Positions 24,701 to 37,419 of a stretch of 64,000 nucleotides of DNA are shown here, one piece after another; within the stretch, counting starts at the first letter, position 1, and the number at the start of each line of letters is the position of its first letter. The DNA lies in the NCBI GenBank assembly GCA_030390025.1, contig CM059433.1, positions 27,406,001 through 27,470,000 on the forward strand. Reading direction: 5' to 3'. The DNA comes from Squalus acanthias (lineage: Eukaryota). The notes under the pieces are model-generated. The model was not told the origin of the DNA. It ran no database searches and saw only the letters and a list, made by a program, of their open reading frames with translations. The position numbers were made by a program, and so were the translations under genes.

Positions 24701-25478
24701 CCCGCGCGAGGTGGCGGTTTGCAGCAGCCGCCACGTGCAACCTTGTGCTCTCCCGCGCGGGGCAGCGGTCAGTCTTGTTCTCCCCCGCGCGAGCTGGCGG
24801 TCAGAGGCCGCCACGTGCAGCCCTGTGCTCCCCCGCGCGAGCTGGCGGTCAGCGGCCGCCGCGTGCAGCCCTGTGCTCCCCCGCGCGAGCTGGCGGTCAG
24901 CGGCCGCCACGTGCAGCCCTGTGCTCCCCGCGCGAGCTGGCGGTCAGCGGCCGCCACGTGCAGCCCTGTGCTCCCCGTGCAGCCCTGTGCTCCCCCGCGT
25001 GAGGTGGCGGTCAGAGGCCGCCACGTGCAGCCCTGTGCTCCCCGTGCAGCCCTGTGCTCCCCCACGCGAGGTGGCGGTCAGCGGCCGCCACGTGCAGCCC
25101 TGTGCTCCCCGCGCGAGCTGGCGGTCAGCGGCCGCCACGTGCAGCCCTGTGCTCCCCGCGCGAGCTGGCGGTCAGAGGCCGCCACGTGCAGCCCTGTGCT
25201 CCCCGTGTAGCCCTGTGCTCCCCCGCGTGAGGTGGCGGTCAGAGGCCGCCACGTGCAGCCCTGTGCTCCCCCGCGCGAGGTGGCGGTTATTAGCAGCAGC
25301 CGCCGCCACGTGCAGCCCTGTGCTCCCTCCCGCAAGGTAGCCATCAGCCTTGTTCTCCCCAGTGGGAGCTGGCGGTCAGAGGCCGCCGCGTGCAGCCCTG
25401 TGCTCCCTGCGCGAGCTGGCGGTCAGCAGCCGCCACGTGCAACCATGTTCTCCCCCGCGCGAGGTGGCGGTCAGCAGC
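24700..25478. repeat. GC-rich minisatellite, ~47-48-bp unit with 19-bp sub-repeats
   Basis: Unit gcgcgagctggcggtcagcggccgccacgtgcagccctgtgctcccc, about 14 copies, degenerate at both edges. Confidence 0.93.
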
Positions 25479-25685
25479 ATTTGACCGAGTGTGGCATCAA
25501 GGAGCCCTAGTAAAACTGAAGTCAATGGGAATGGGGGGAAAACTCTCCACTGGCTGGAGTCATACCTAGCACAAAGGAAGATGGTTGTGGTGGTTGAAGG
25601 TCAATCATCACAGCCCCAGGACATCGCTGCAGGAGTTCCTCAGGGCAGTGTCCAAGGTCCAACCATCTTCAGCTGCTTCATCATT
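25478..25685 (+). mobile_element. LINE (CR1/L2-group) RT fragment
   Basis: WLESYLAQRKMVVVVEGQSS...GVPQGS; same family as 44266-45582. Confidence 0.8.
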
Positions 25686-25734
25686 AATTTTGTTTACATG
25701 TCTTGCTGGACTTTCCTCTTCCCTAGCCTAGGGT

Positions 25735-26020
25735 GAAGGAAGACTTGCATTTCTATAGCACCTTTCATAACTTTAGGACATCCCAAATTGCTTTGCAACC
25801 AATTAAGTACTTTTTGAAGTGTGGTCACTGTCATAATGTAGGAAAACAACCAAATTATGCACAGCAAGCTCCCACAAACAGCACCGTGATAAATGTCCAG
25901 ATCATCTGTTTTTTTTTAAATGATGCAGGTTGAGGGATAAATATTGGGTCCAGGACGCCGGGGAGAACTCCCCTGCTCTTCTTTGAAATAGTGGCCGTGG
26001 GAATCTTTTACATTCCACCA
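25735..26020 (-). mobile_element. DeuSINE/SacSINE-like fragment
   Basis: Shares the ctcccctgctcttc...atgggatcttt core and the tail with 33905-34282. Confidence 0.6.
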
Positions 26021-26775
26021 GTAAGTCAACCACCAGTTGAACAGGACACTGAGGCAAAGAGAGTTCGTTATACCCACTTTGTGCCAATAAATGTACCATT
26101 GCTTTATGCCCAGTCCATAAGCCATGAAAGAAGCTCTCAGCTTGACAAGGTCATGGTAAGGGTGCCGGATTGCATACAGGAGCTATTGCAGCAACTGAGT
26201 GATGGCGAAGTTTGATCAGAGCTGAGCTTCAGTATTGCTGAAGAGGAAAACCCAGATCTACAATTTTAGAAGGGCCAACTTCAAGTGTGAAAAAGTTTAA
26301 ACAGATTGACTGGGTGAAATTGTTTATTGGCGCCTCAGTCCAAGACACGTGGAACCATTTTAAGGCCATACTGAAGAGCTAGCAAGGTCAATATATATAT
26401 ACATGAGACTAGCAAAAATAAATGTAATCCTAAATGTATAAACAAGACCTTTGAAGGTGAAATAACAACTTACATTCATATGGTGCCTTTAATGTGGAGA
26501 AATGTCCCTTTGTTGCATTTCAGAATTTTTGACTGTTTGGCCTACAAGAGATTTTATTTTGAAGCTATAATATGGTTTTGATATGACTTATAAGGTTTTA
26601 TTCCCAAGGGTCCAGCACCTTAACGGCTGGAGCCACTAGCACAGAAGTATATTCGGGGCCTTAATGTGCGCGCCTGAAAGGTAAGCAGCCAGCTATCAAA
26701 ACTGTTATCCTTATTAATTTGAGACAAAAGGAAGGTTGGTTGTTTGCACATTTCCAGTAAGCATTCACACGTGAT

Positions 26776-27533
26776 GGGCCGGAATTTGCGACCCGTACGA
26801 GGTCCGCACGCGCCCATAGGGGCTGCGCAAGTGCCGGTTTCAGGCGTGCGAAGCGCATGCGCTGAAAACCGGCGCTTGTGATCTGTCAAGAATTCTCTTG
26901 ACAGATCATCCGCATGCCCAAGAAAAGTGCCACTGCGGGTGGAGAGTTGCACTTTTTGCACAACTTCCGCCCGCTGAATGACTGTCAAAATCTTACGCCT
27001 GGTAAAAGCAGGCGTAAGGCCTGCTTTTACCAGCTTAAGAGTTTTAAAAAATAGAAAAATGAAATTTGATAACTCATTTATAAATTAAAAATACTCTTCA
27101 AAAAGGTAAGTTTATTTTTAGCCCCGTAAAAACATTAAATTTTTTCTCAAAAAATTAAATTTTTGTTTAAAATATTCAATTAAATGTCATTTTAATTAAT
27201 TTTAAATATGTAATGTTTTTAAAAAATTTATGTAATGTTTTAGTGTGTTTTTAAATGTGATCCCCATTCATACTTTTGACAGTTCTGTGCATATAGAATT
27301 GTGAAATGTATGAAAGGGGATTCCCTTCTTTCATTGGTTCGCCTGGCCCACGTGATCCCAGGGCACTTGCGAACCACATGCGCCTCTGGGATACGTGGGC
27401 CTCTGCGCATTTCGAAGAGCAGAGGCCCAGGATCGCAAGCCTCGGGATCTACAGAACCAGCTGGAAAGTTCGTAGATTTTTTCCGATCGGAGGCATCAGC
27501 CCGCAGGAAGCCTCCGATCGGAAATTCAGGGCC
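26776..27533. mobile_element. Harbinger-type MITE (family A)
   Basis: TIR gggccggaattt / aaattcagggcc, flanks gat/gac; same internal layout as 10243-10974. Confidence 0.75.
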
Positions 27534-28737
27534 GACATGTTGGAAGAGCTGTATTTAAGTGAACTCAGCAAGGGGTTGACACTCATAGAGAGCAGCAACT
27601 TTGGTTGGCAGCTCAACTGGCCATTTTCCAGACAGAGAGTTGAGGGAAGGTTAGAGTTCAAGCTTTTGGCTTCCTGTCCAGCTAAGAAAGAAACATCGGA
27701 ACAGGACTATCTTAAGTAGTATTAGTTTCTCCATTACTTATTTAAATCCAATAAATTTCTCACCTTGATTTATTTTTTGGTTCCCATGTACTGCTGGTAT
27801 TCTGCCCTCTTTCTACTGTGAAAACAGATCCAGAGTATTAATTTAATGAGTCTACCACTTCTTTATCCATACTTCATTATCACGGAATGAATCAGTACCA
27901 TTGGCCCAACATTGGTGAGCCAACTGTTGAGCATTTTTTGCTGCAACAAAAAATGCGATGCTTCCCCACTCCACTAAAAATGCAATCATAACCTACCCAC
28001 CTGATGAGGAGAAACTTCGGCCTCCTGCACCCCTCCCCATCCCTGCTGAGAATCACCACAGAGTTTTACTATCTCCGCCCTGCTGAGAATCAACTCAGGC
28101 CTCTACCTACCTACTGAGAGGGAAACCTCACCTTTGGCTTCCTCTCCAGACCCCGACCACACTAAGAAGAAACTGCAGCTTATTCTCCCATAACACTGAG
28201 CTGAAACCCTAGCTTCTGCAATCCACTTCCACTGAGAAGACCTCCCCACCCCCAACCCCTGTAAAGAAAATTGCTTCTCTCTTCATCCTCCCATGGAGAT
28301 GAAAATAGGCTCTAGTTCAATGGAACTCCCCTCTCCATTGTGGAGAAAAGGGACTCTGGTCCATTACATCCCACTTACCCACTGAGAAGAAAATCAGCAG
28401 TGGGCCAGTTCCACCTACACATCTCCATTTGCCCCCACTCTTTCACCCTTGACCCCTTCCTCTTACCTGCTCCCTATTGCTGTCAACCAAAGCCTACTGT
28501 CTCTTCTTTCCTCATTGGCCCACTTTGATGAAAATGGACCATGACCCATTTATACCAGTTTTCTACTGAGAAGAAAATTAGCATCCCCCACCTCTTCCAC
28601 TTCCCCTCTTTCTCACCATCCACCTCTGCCATTCTTCCTGTCCCCATCACCATCTCTCTCCTTTCCTCTCTCCTTCCACTTATTTCCCCATCCCAGCATT
28701 CTAAGCCTTTTGGACCTGAGTACTAAAATTGATTTTG

Positions 28738-29468
28738 AAGGTACTCCTATAGTGCTGTTAGGGAGGGAGTTCCAGGATTTTGACCCAGTCACGATGAAGG
28801 AACGGCGATATACTTCTAAGTCAGGATGGTGTGTGACTTGGAGGGGAACTTGAAGGTGATGGTGTTCCCATGCGCCTGCTGCCCTTCTAGGTGATAGAGG
28901 TCGCGGGTTTGGGAGGTGCTGTCGAAGAAGCCTTGGTGAGTTGCTGCAGTACATCTTGTGGATGGTACACACTGCAGCCACGGTGGCGGAGGGAGTGAAT
29001 GTTTAACGTGGTGGGTGGGGTGCCAATCAAGTGGGCTGCGTTGTCCTGGATGGTGTCGAACTTCTTGAGTGTTGTTGGAGCTACAGTCATCCAGGCAACT
29101 GGAGAGTATTCCATCACACTCCTGACTTGTGCCTTGTAGATGGTGGAAAGGCTTTGGGGAGTCAGGAGGTGAGTCACTCGCTGCAGAATACCCAGCCTCT
29201 GACCTGCTCTTGTAGCCACCGTATTTATGTGGCTGGTCCAGTTAAGTTTCTGGTCAATGGTGAACTCCAGGATGTTGATGGTGGGGGATTCGGCGATGAT
29301 AATGCCGTTGAATGTCAAGGGGCAGTGGTTAGACTCTCTTGTTGGAGATGGTCATTGCCTGGCACTTGTGTGGCGTGAATGTTACTTGCCACTTATCAGC
29401 CCAAGCCTGAATCTCATCCAGGTCTTGCTGCATGTGGGCATGGACTGCTTCATTATGAGTTGCGAATG
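28738..29468 (-). mobile_element. LINE RT C-terminal fragment (CR1/L2-group)
   Basis: IDQKLNWTSHI...YKAQVRSVMEY. Confidence 0.85.
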
Positions 29469-30693
29469 AGGAGTTTTACTTGAAGGCCTCAGCCTCTCCC
29501 AAACACTTGGACTTGATATTTTTAACCAGAGTTGTGACACTGTGACCTGAATTTGGATTGTGCAGTCTGAGCATTTGCCAGACTGCACAATACAAAATCA
29601 ACTCACAGAATCTAATTTCCTCAGATACATCAGTATTGTTCAGTCAGTCATAATGATGGAATATTTTCTTCAGAGTTTAGCCATCTATGCTCAGTTATTG
29701 TATCAAAATTACTTGAAGAAAAGCTTAGAGAAACAAATATCAAAAGCTTTATTTCAGGTTGAGTTTACATAAAGCAAGTTTTTCAACAGCGAGGTTGTGT
29801 GTGAGTAAACGAAAAAAGAAAATGACAGGATAATGATTATGCACCTACTGTCGACTGTTCCATGCTATATAAACTCCAGAAAGCGTATTAAGCTGACAAA
29901 GAGTGTGTCTTTCCTCATGCTAATGTTTTTAAATTTTAAAAAGCTGAATTTATGTCCCCTGTGTTTTGTTGACAGAGAATGTAAATGTTGCAGTTGCTAA
30001 CACCTCTGAGAGAGAGATTCTAATTACTCACAGATGTGAGACAGACAGAGAGAAAACGCGTCTTTCCACATTCTAATTTGATTTTTTTAAGTTAAAATTT
30101 GAAAGCAAAAAAACACTTGAAGGAAACAGATAGGAGGGAACTGGTTGTGAAGGTTTCTGACCTCTCACCATCCATCCTTGGGGGAGCGGGTGGGAGTGAG
30201 TGGATGGAGGATCAACAGTGAGGGCAGTAACAGCAAACCAAGGACGAGAGGAGGTTACAGGGTATGAGAAAGCAGTTCTAAGAAGAAGATGTAGCAATAG
30301 TGATGGTAGTGAGTAGGGTTAGTGTTGGTATTGAATCTGGTGGTAGGAAGGGGACAGTGTAGCAGGAAAGCGAAGAAGTAGAGCATGCGATGGGACAAGG
30401 TGCATAAACACAAGTGATGGGCAAGGGGATGGGAATGGTGCTGCTGAAGACCTCATTCCCCGCAACCATCGCCCAAAGTGCAGCCATGCAGCTGTTGGTA
30501 GCTAATTACCCTGCTACAACAAATCATCTGCCAGATTCCATTCAAAAGTATAAAGACAGAAAGAAACAGAAGAGGACAGAGAGAGGAGTAGAGGGAGAGA
30601 AGCAGAGAGAAGAGAAAGGGACACCGAAACAGAAGCCAAGACATGGAGAGAGAAATAACAACATGAAGACAACAGAGACAGGTAAGAGACCAT

Positions 30694-32766
30694 GGCCGGG
30701 AAATTCGATACTGCTGGAAAACGTGCTCCAGCAACATGAATTTCAGCCCCCTTTTGAGCGCACAGCCTGTGAACAGCACGTTCAGCGCTACGCTGTGCGC
30801 TGCAATCATGGTAATTAGCAGGTACGTCAACTTCGTGCTGCCTGCTAATTACCATGATTGTAGCACACAGCCTAGCGCTGAACGCGCTGCTCACAGGCTG
30901 TGTGCACAGTAGGGGGCCGAAGTTCACGTTGCTGGAGCAAGGGTAGCTTTACTTAAAGCTAGCCTGCTCCTCTTCATGGCAGTCTGCAGCTCTTAAAGCT
31001 GAGCTGCCTTCTGCAGATAAAAAAAAAATTGCTTCAGCACTAGGCAGTCTGCACCTCTTATAGGTGAGCCTTCTTCTGATCAAAAATGCTAAAAGTGCTT
31101 TAGCACTAACACAAATGGCTCAACAGGCCAGGGAAAGGGCACTCAAGGTTTCGGAAAGGGCACTCAGGGTCTCGGACACAGCACTCAAGCTTTCAGCAGG
31201 GGTTCAATACTGGAAGAGAGGTCCTCTACCCACAGGGGACCAGGAGGCCCTCCATAAAGAAGGATGTGGGACCAGATCACCGAGGTGGTCACTGCCAGCT
31301 GTGTCCCCAGGACCTGGCTCCAGTGCCCAAAGAAGTTTCATGTCCTGAGACGAGTGGTCAAAATCAGTGAATGCATCTTCAGAAGCCATTTCCTACCAAC
31401 TGCATCACTAGCCTCACACACTGCTCAATGCACGACCACCCCACCCCGCCAATCACTCACCTAACAACAATCTCTACCAAACACGAGGCACACCTCACAT
31501 TCCTAGGTTCATCTCATGCCCTTGGAGGAGACAGTGCTGGCCATTCTTGGCAGGAGCATGGCTGAGCCCTTGGCCAGCAGTGGGGCTAAAAAAATACAAG
31601 ATGCTGGTATCCTCATAAGTTATCCTCCTCACATCCCACTTCCCCTCATCCCACAATCTCTTCTGATTTACAAGATGCACATGGTGTAAGCTTGCATCTC
31701 TTGCTTTTCCCCCCTCCCCTCACCACAACCCTACCTTTGTGCCTTCCTCATTTCAGACAGCCAAGAAATCCAGCCTGCCCAGCCAGTGGGTGATCAAGAA
31801 GAGGGAGAGGAGAGTGAAGAAGAAGATGAAACACTGTCACTCAATTTCACACTCCCAGCCACCAGCTCCTTGAGGTCATCCTGCAAGGCCATCTGCAGTG
31901 ACCCCACTGAAAGTCAGCAGCCTTAATATTGGATGCATATATGGATAAAGTTGGATTGAAAAGTTTGCATTGTGGTGGCTTTTATTTCAGCATTGTGGCC
32001 AAGAGGATGCTGAGATGGTCAGTAACAGAGGGAAGGTAAGGTGCAGGACAAATGTTGAAAGGGGAATTGGGGTTGTGTTCACTGGCACCGCAGGCAGAAG
32101 ATTCGATCCCGGCCAGAAAGGGGCTGTGGGTTGCCTCCTTCCATCCACTTCTGCTTCCTCCTCTTCTGCTTCCTCCCTTTCCCTCTGTGAGCAGCTTGTC
32201 CCCTTTGCTGCCTCTGCTCCATCTCTATGTGATGCTGCAGCCCAAGGGGGACTGCAACGAGAGCCCCCAGGACTGGGAGCAAGTGGTGTTCTCAAAGGCC
32301 TTCCTTTAAGAGCCAAAGCCTTGCAAACATCCAGCAGCACTCCCTACACACTTTAACAACTTTTTAAGTGTATCGCACCAAGCCACTACTCCAATAAAAT
32401 GTAAAGAAACCAGACCAAAAACAAAAATCTAAACTTACCTGAAAGTTGTGTGTGTCCCTTTAAGAAGCGCTGGCAGTGGCTCTGTTGTATTGCTGCATAC
32501 ACGTTCTTCCGTGCATGGTTTGGAGAGGGCGTTATTAAGAGCGGCGACGTCCAAAATCGCAACATCATGCGTCAATTCAGGCGTTGCACGCCGATTGACA
32601 TCACGATCTGGATCATTTAAATATGGGAAGTGAGCGCAGGCAACGGATGCGCTGCTGACCTGCCCAAAATGGCAGCAACCATGTTCCACGCCGGAAGCGA
32701 GGCAGCTGCCTTTTTTCTTCCAAACTGGCCTTAACAGCCAGCGCCAAGGGCTCCAATTTCCAAGCC
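30694..32766. mobile_element. Deleted Harbinger element with Myb/SANT remnants and an internal long palindrome
   Basis: TIR ggccgggaaatt / aatttccaagcc, flanks cat/aat; PRTWLQCPKKFHVLRRVVK motif. Confidence 0.7.
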
Positions 32767-32829
32767 AATATATTCTGGCTTACCTTATGCAAAGCCACTG
32801 GAGGTCCACTGGATTTTCAAACAAATAAT

Positions 32830-33458
32830 TGGAAGGGGGTTGGAGTATAAGAGTAAGGAAGTCTTGCTGCAATTATATAGGGCTTTGGTGAGACCACACC
32901 AGGATTACTGTGTACAGTTTTGGTCTCCTTACCTAAGGAACGATACACTTGCTCTAGAAGGAGTGCAACAAAGGTTCACTAGATTGATTCCTGTGATGAC
33001 AGGATTGTCATATGACAAGAGATTGAGTAGAATGGGCCTATATTCTCTGGAGTCTAGCAGAATGAGAGGTGATCTCATTGAATAGTATAAAATTCTTAGA
33101 GGGCTTGACAGGGTAGACGCTGAGAGGCTGTTTCCCCTGGCTGGGGAGTCTAGAACTTGGGTTCATAGTCTCAGGATAAGGGGTTGGCCATTGAGAGGAC
33201 TGAGATGAGGAAAGATTTCTTCACTCAGAGGGTTGTGAATCTTTGGAATACTCTTCCCCAGAGGACTGTGGATGCTCAGTCGTTCAGTATATTCAAGACT
33301 GAGATCGATAAATTTTTGGACACTAAGGGAATCAAGGGATATGGGGATAGGGCAGGAAAGTGTAGTTGAGGTGGAAGATCAGCCATGATCTTATTGACTG
33401 GCAGAGCAGGCTCGAGGGGCCGTATAGCCCATTCCTGCTCCTATTTCTTATGTTCTTA
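32830..33458 (+). mobile_element. CR1 3' fragment
   Basis: EYKSKEVLLQLY...FFTQRVV and a CR1 tail. Confidence 0.88.
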
Positions 33459-33904
33459 AATCAAATTAGGAAACTGCAGACCTGATTGTTTAATGTCAAT
33501 AACAGATAAAATAATGAAATAAATTATCAAGAGCAAATGCAAAGATTACTCATAAAATAATACCCTAGTAAATAGCTTCAGAAGGGAAAGATCCAGCCTG
33601 ACCAGTTCATTGATATTTTTGACGGGGTGACATATTAAGTGGACTGTGGTAAACCTTGACCTACAAACGAAGTTAGGTAAAATCTATAAATGTGCAGAAT
33701 AATAGTAGATAAAATTTAATACAAATATACAGTACTGCATATTGGGCAAAACAATGAGCAACATAGTTACTGTATAAACAGTGTAGAAGTAGCTAAAGAC
33801 AAGGTTAAAAAAGATCTGTGGACTCAGCACATAGCATGTTAAATTTTATGCATCACCTCCTTCTGGTCTAGCACTGGTGATACACACAGTAACAGTCAGT
33901 TTAT

Positions 33905-34282
33905 TGCCCACTTTACAACCAATGAAGTACTTTTGAAGTGTAGGCACTGCAGCCAATTTGTGCACAGCAAGGTCACACAAACAGCAATGAAATAAATGAC
34001 CAAATCATCTATTTTAGGTCATGGTTAAAGGATAAATATTTTCCACAACAGTAGAGAATTCCCCTGCTCTTCTTCGAATTGCGCCATGGGATCTTTAACA
34101 TCCACCTAAAAGGGCAGATGGGGCCTCGGTTTAACATCTCATCCGAAAAATGGCACCTCTGACAGTGCAGCACTCTCTTAGTGCTACACAAAAGTGCCAG
34201 CTAGATTATGTGCTCAAGTCTCTTGAACCCACAACCTTTGACTCAGAGGCAAGAGTGCAACCACTAAGTCAAGGCTGACACC
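33905..34282 (-). mobile_element. DeuSINE/SacSINE-like SINE
   Basis: Reverse complement starts with a tRNA-like head (gtggtt...gtgggttcaag), followed by a Deu-like core. Confidence 0.65.
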
Positions 34283-34597
34283 TAGGCAACACAATTTTAT
34301 AGGCCTGGTAGCTTTTCAATAATCTGGGTGTTGGGGGGTGGGGGGAGGTGGTGGTGGATCACTGAGCACATCCTGTTTACAAATCTGTGTCATTATATGA
34401 ACCATAAGGGGTTTTATTCAACCACCAGCGTAGAATAATGTAGGTGGATGCCTGTTTCCTCATGAACCTCTCACATCTTCATCTTAAAGCAATCATCTGA
34501 GCTAACCTTGTTTCAAAGTGAAGCAAGAGTAGAACAATTGTTCTTAGGAGACCAGTAGGTGTCTGGTATTCAGCAGTCAATACAATTTTCTTCTCAC

Positions 34598-34765
34598 TTG
34601 TGCATGTAACTCATTTTGCCCATCGCCCTCAGCCTTACTATGTAGTTCCTCAAGGGTGTTTGGAGCTGCACTGGTGCTTGGCAGAGGAAGTGTTTGTGAT
34701 GTAGAATGCTGTGAGATGCGGGCTAGCTTTGGAGCACTGACTGACCTGACTTTTTTCTTCCATTC
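34598..34765 (-). CDS. Probable internal coding exon (168 bp, phase 0-0) of an unidentified host gene
   Basis: Acceptor ttttctgtcttttcag|G, donor CAA|GTGAGA; only frame 0 is open (EWKKKVRSVSAP...NELHAQ). Confidence 0.55.
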
Positions 34766-34839
34766 CTGAAAAGACAGAAAACAAAATGTCAAAATGCTGT
34801 CTCAAGTAACCACCTCCAAGCACTACTTTCTTTGTCCTC

Positions 34840-36722
34840 AACACAATGAAGGCGATGGACCCTGACAATTTCCCGGCTGTAATGGTGAAGATCTGCAGAT
34901 CAAATCTAGCTGCTCCCCCAGGCAGGCTGTTCGAGTGTAGCTATGACACTGGCATTTACCCAACAATGTGGAAAACTGCCCAGGTATGTCCTATCCACAA
35001 ATCAAAATAATTCCAATCTGGCAATTATCATAAATGATGGAATTTTTCATTAGCAAAATTATGGAATGAGTCATCAATAGAGCCATCAAATAATGCCTAC
35101 TCACCAATAATCTGCTCACTTAGGCTCAATCAGGGATCTGCCAGAATTACTCGGCTCCAGCACTCAATGCAGCCTGGATCCAAACATGGACACGAGCTGA
35201 ATGCAGAGAAAAGGTGAAAGTAAGAACATAAGAATTAGAAGCAGGAGTAGGCCATACGGCCCCTTGAGCCTGCTCCGCCATTCAATAAGATCATGGCTGA
35301 TCTTCGACCTCAACTCCACTTTCTCGCCCGATCCCCATATCCCTTGATTCCACTAGAGTCCAAAAATCTAGCTATCTCAGCCTTGAATATACTCAACGAC
35401 TGAGTATCCACAGCTCTTTGGGGCAGACAATTCCAAAGATTCACAACCCTCTGAGTGAAGAAATTCCTCCTCATCTCAGTCTTAAAAGGCCGACTCCTTA
35501 TCCTGAGACTATGACCCCTAGTTCTAGACTCTCCAGCCAGGGGAAACAATCTCTCAGCATCTATCCTGTCAATCCCCCTCAGAATCTTATATGTTTTAAT
35601 GAGATCACCTCTCATTCTTCTAAACTCCATAGAGTGTAGGCCCAATCTACTCATAGGACAACCTTCTCATCCCAGGAATTAATCTAGTGAACCTTTGTTG
35701 CACCACCTCCAAGGCAAGTATATCCTTCCTTAGATAAGGAGACCAAAACTGTGCACAATACTCCAGTAGCTGCCATTGACATCAAGGCAAGTAAATGAAC
35801 AAAAGAGCCTTAGGAAAACTGATGTCAGTGGGGATCAAAGGGAAAACCCTCCAGTGGCTGGAGTCATACTCGACACATGGGGAGATGGGTGTGATTGTCG
35901 GAGGCCAATCATCACAGTCCAAGGACAGCACTGCAGGAATTCATCAGGGTAGCGTCCTTGGCCCAACCATCTTCATCTGCTTCATAATTGGCCTTCCCTC
36001 CATCATAAGGTCAGAGATGGGCCAGTTCACTGACAATTTCACAGTGTTCAGTCCATTCACAATTTTCTGATAATGAAAGAGTTCATGAAGGCCTACAGCA
36101 GGAATTGGATAACACCTAGGCTTGCACTGACAAGTGGCAGATAACATTCATGCCACATAAATGCCAGGTAATAGCCATCTCCACTGACCTTCAATAGAAC
36201 CACCATTGCTCAGTTCCTCACCATCAACATCTTGGGGTCACCATTGAGCAGAAGCTTAATTCTACCAACCGTATCAACACTGTAGCTACAAGAACAGGGC
36301 AGAAACTGGGAACACTGTGTCAAGTGTATCACTTCTGGATCCCTCTAAGCCTCTTCGCCACCTACAAGGCTTTAAGTCAAGTGTATGATAGAATATGCAT
36401 TACATATCTGGATGGGTTCAACCGCAACAAAATTTAAAAAGTTTGATGCAATCCAGGACAAAACAGCATGATTGATTGGCGCTCAACCACACGACTCAGC
36501 ATACACCCCTTTCACCACTGGTGCACCATGGCTCCAGTATGTACAATCTACAGGGTGCAGTGCAGCAACTTAACAACCATATTTTGAAAGCACCTCCCAG
36601 CCTCATGACCTCTATCTACAAGGAGGACAAGAGAAGCAATATCCTGGGACTACCATCATCTCCAAGTGACACACCTTCTCAGGGCAACTAAAGATGGGCA
36701 ATAAATGCGGTCTTGCCAGCGT
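34840..36722 (+). mobile_element. Degenerate LINE (CR1/L2-group) RT region interrupted by a CR1
   Basis: RT motifs on both sides of 35223-35766; tail gatgggcaataaatgc. Confidence 0.75.
35223..35766 (-). mobile_element. CR1 3' fragment
   Basis: RRMRGDLI...FFTQRVVNLW and a CR1 tail. Confidence 0.88.
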
Positions 36723-37419
36723 GAAAAATAAAATAAAAATTATACTCTCTGTCATTTAACATGTTGGTTGTGTACCTTTGTTATGGTTGCTCAGTAGGAC
36801 AATGTTACTTCAAAATTATGGTACTAGGTTTTGTGCTCAGTTTCATTGTACCCCCATTCCCTCAATGTTCTCCCACCAAATTATGGCAAATTAAGTTTCC
36901 TCGAATTGGGTCAGGGACTTGAATCACCTAGTTGGGTTTGCTCCAACTGGTTATGCATCTTGTCAGGTAAGCTAGAAAAGTAATAATGAGACACTGCAAG
37001 TACAAGAAGTACAAACAACATCATATAGCTGCACTGCCTCAAGGTCATATTACCTGATGCAAATTCAATAGGCATTATCCTGCTAAGCCAACTTACAGGC
37101 ATTCCTAATGTGAAGCTCCTTTAAGACTTGTTTCCTGCCACACAGCTTGATATACGTATTTTTTCCAAACATAAGTATATCAATTCATGCTTCAAAGTTA
37201 TTGCTCTGGTTCTCTCCTGGAACTACTGAATTGTTTAATCTTCTCTTACTCATTGGTATAGCCTAACAGATTTAAAGTTTGTAGGGAGGATCTTCTTGCT
37301 ACTTGTAACAGGTGCTTGTCAAGCATAATTGTATTATTGACTTATCTTAGCAAATTTCTTCAGCTGTGAAATATATTTTTTTCTAATATCCTACTGATGA
37401 GTTCAGAGAATCAGTAGAA

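Noticed and set aside
24700..25478. CRISPR-like array of palindromic repeats
   Set aside because: No unique spacers, no cas genes, and a vertebrate context; it is a minisatellite.
24551..25510. Multiple long ORFs across the minisatellite
   Set aside because: Stop-poor GC-rich repeat; the translations are periodic with no domain evidence.
29478..29582. Possible extra host-gene exon
   Set aside because: Weak donor and phases incompatible with the flanking candidate exons.
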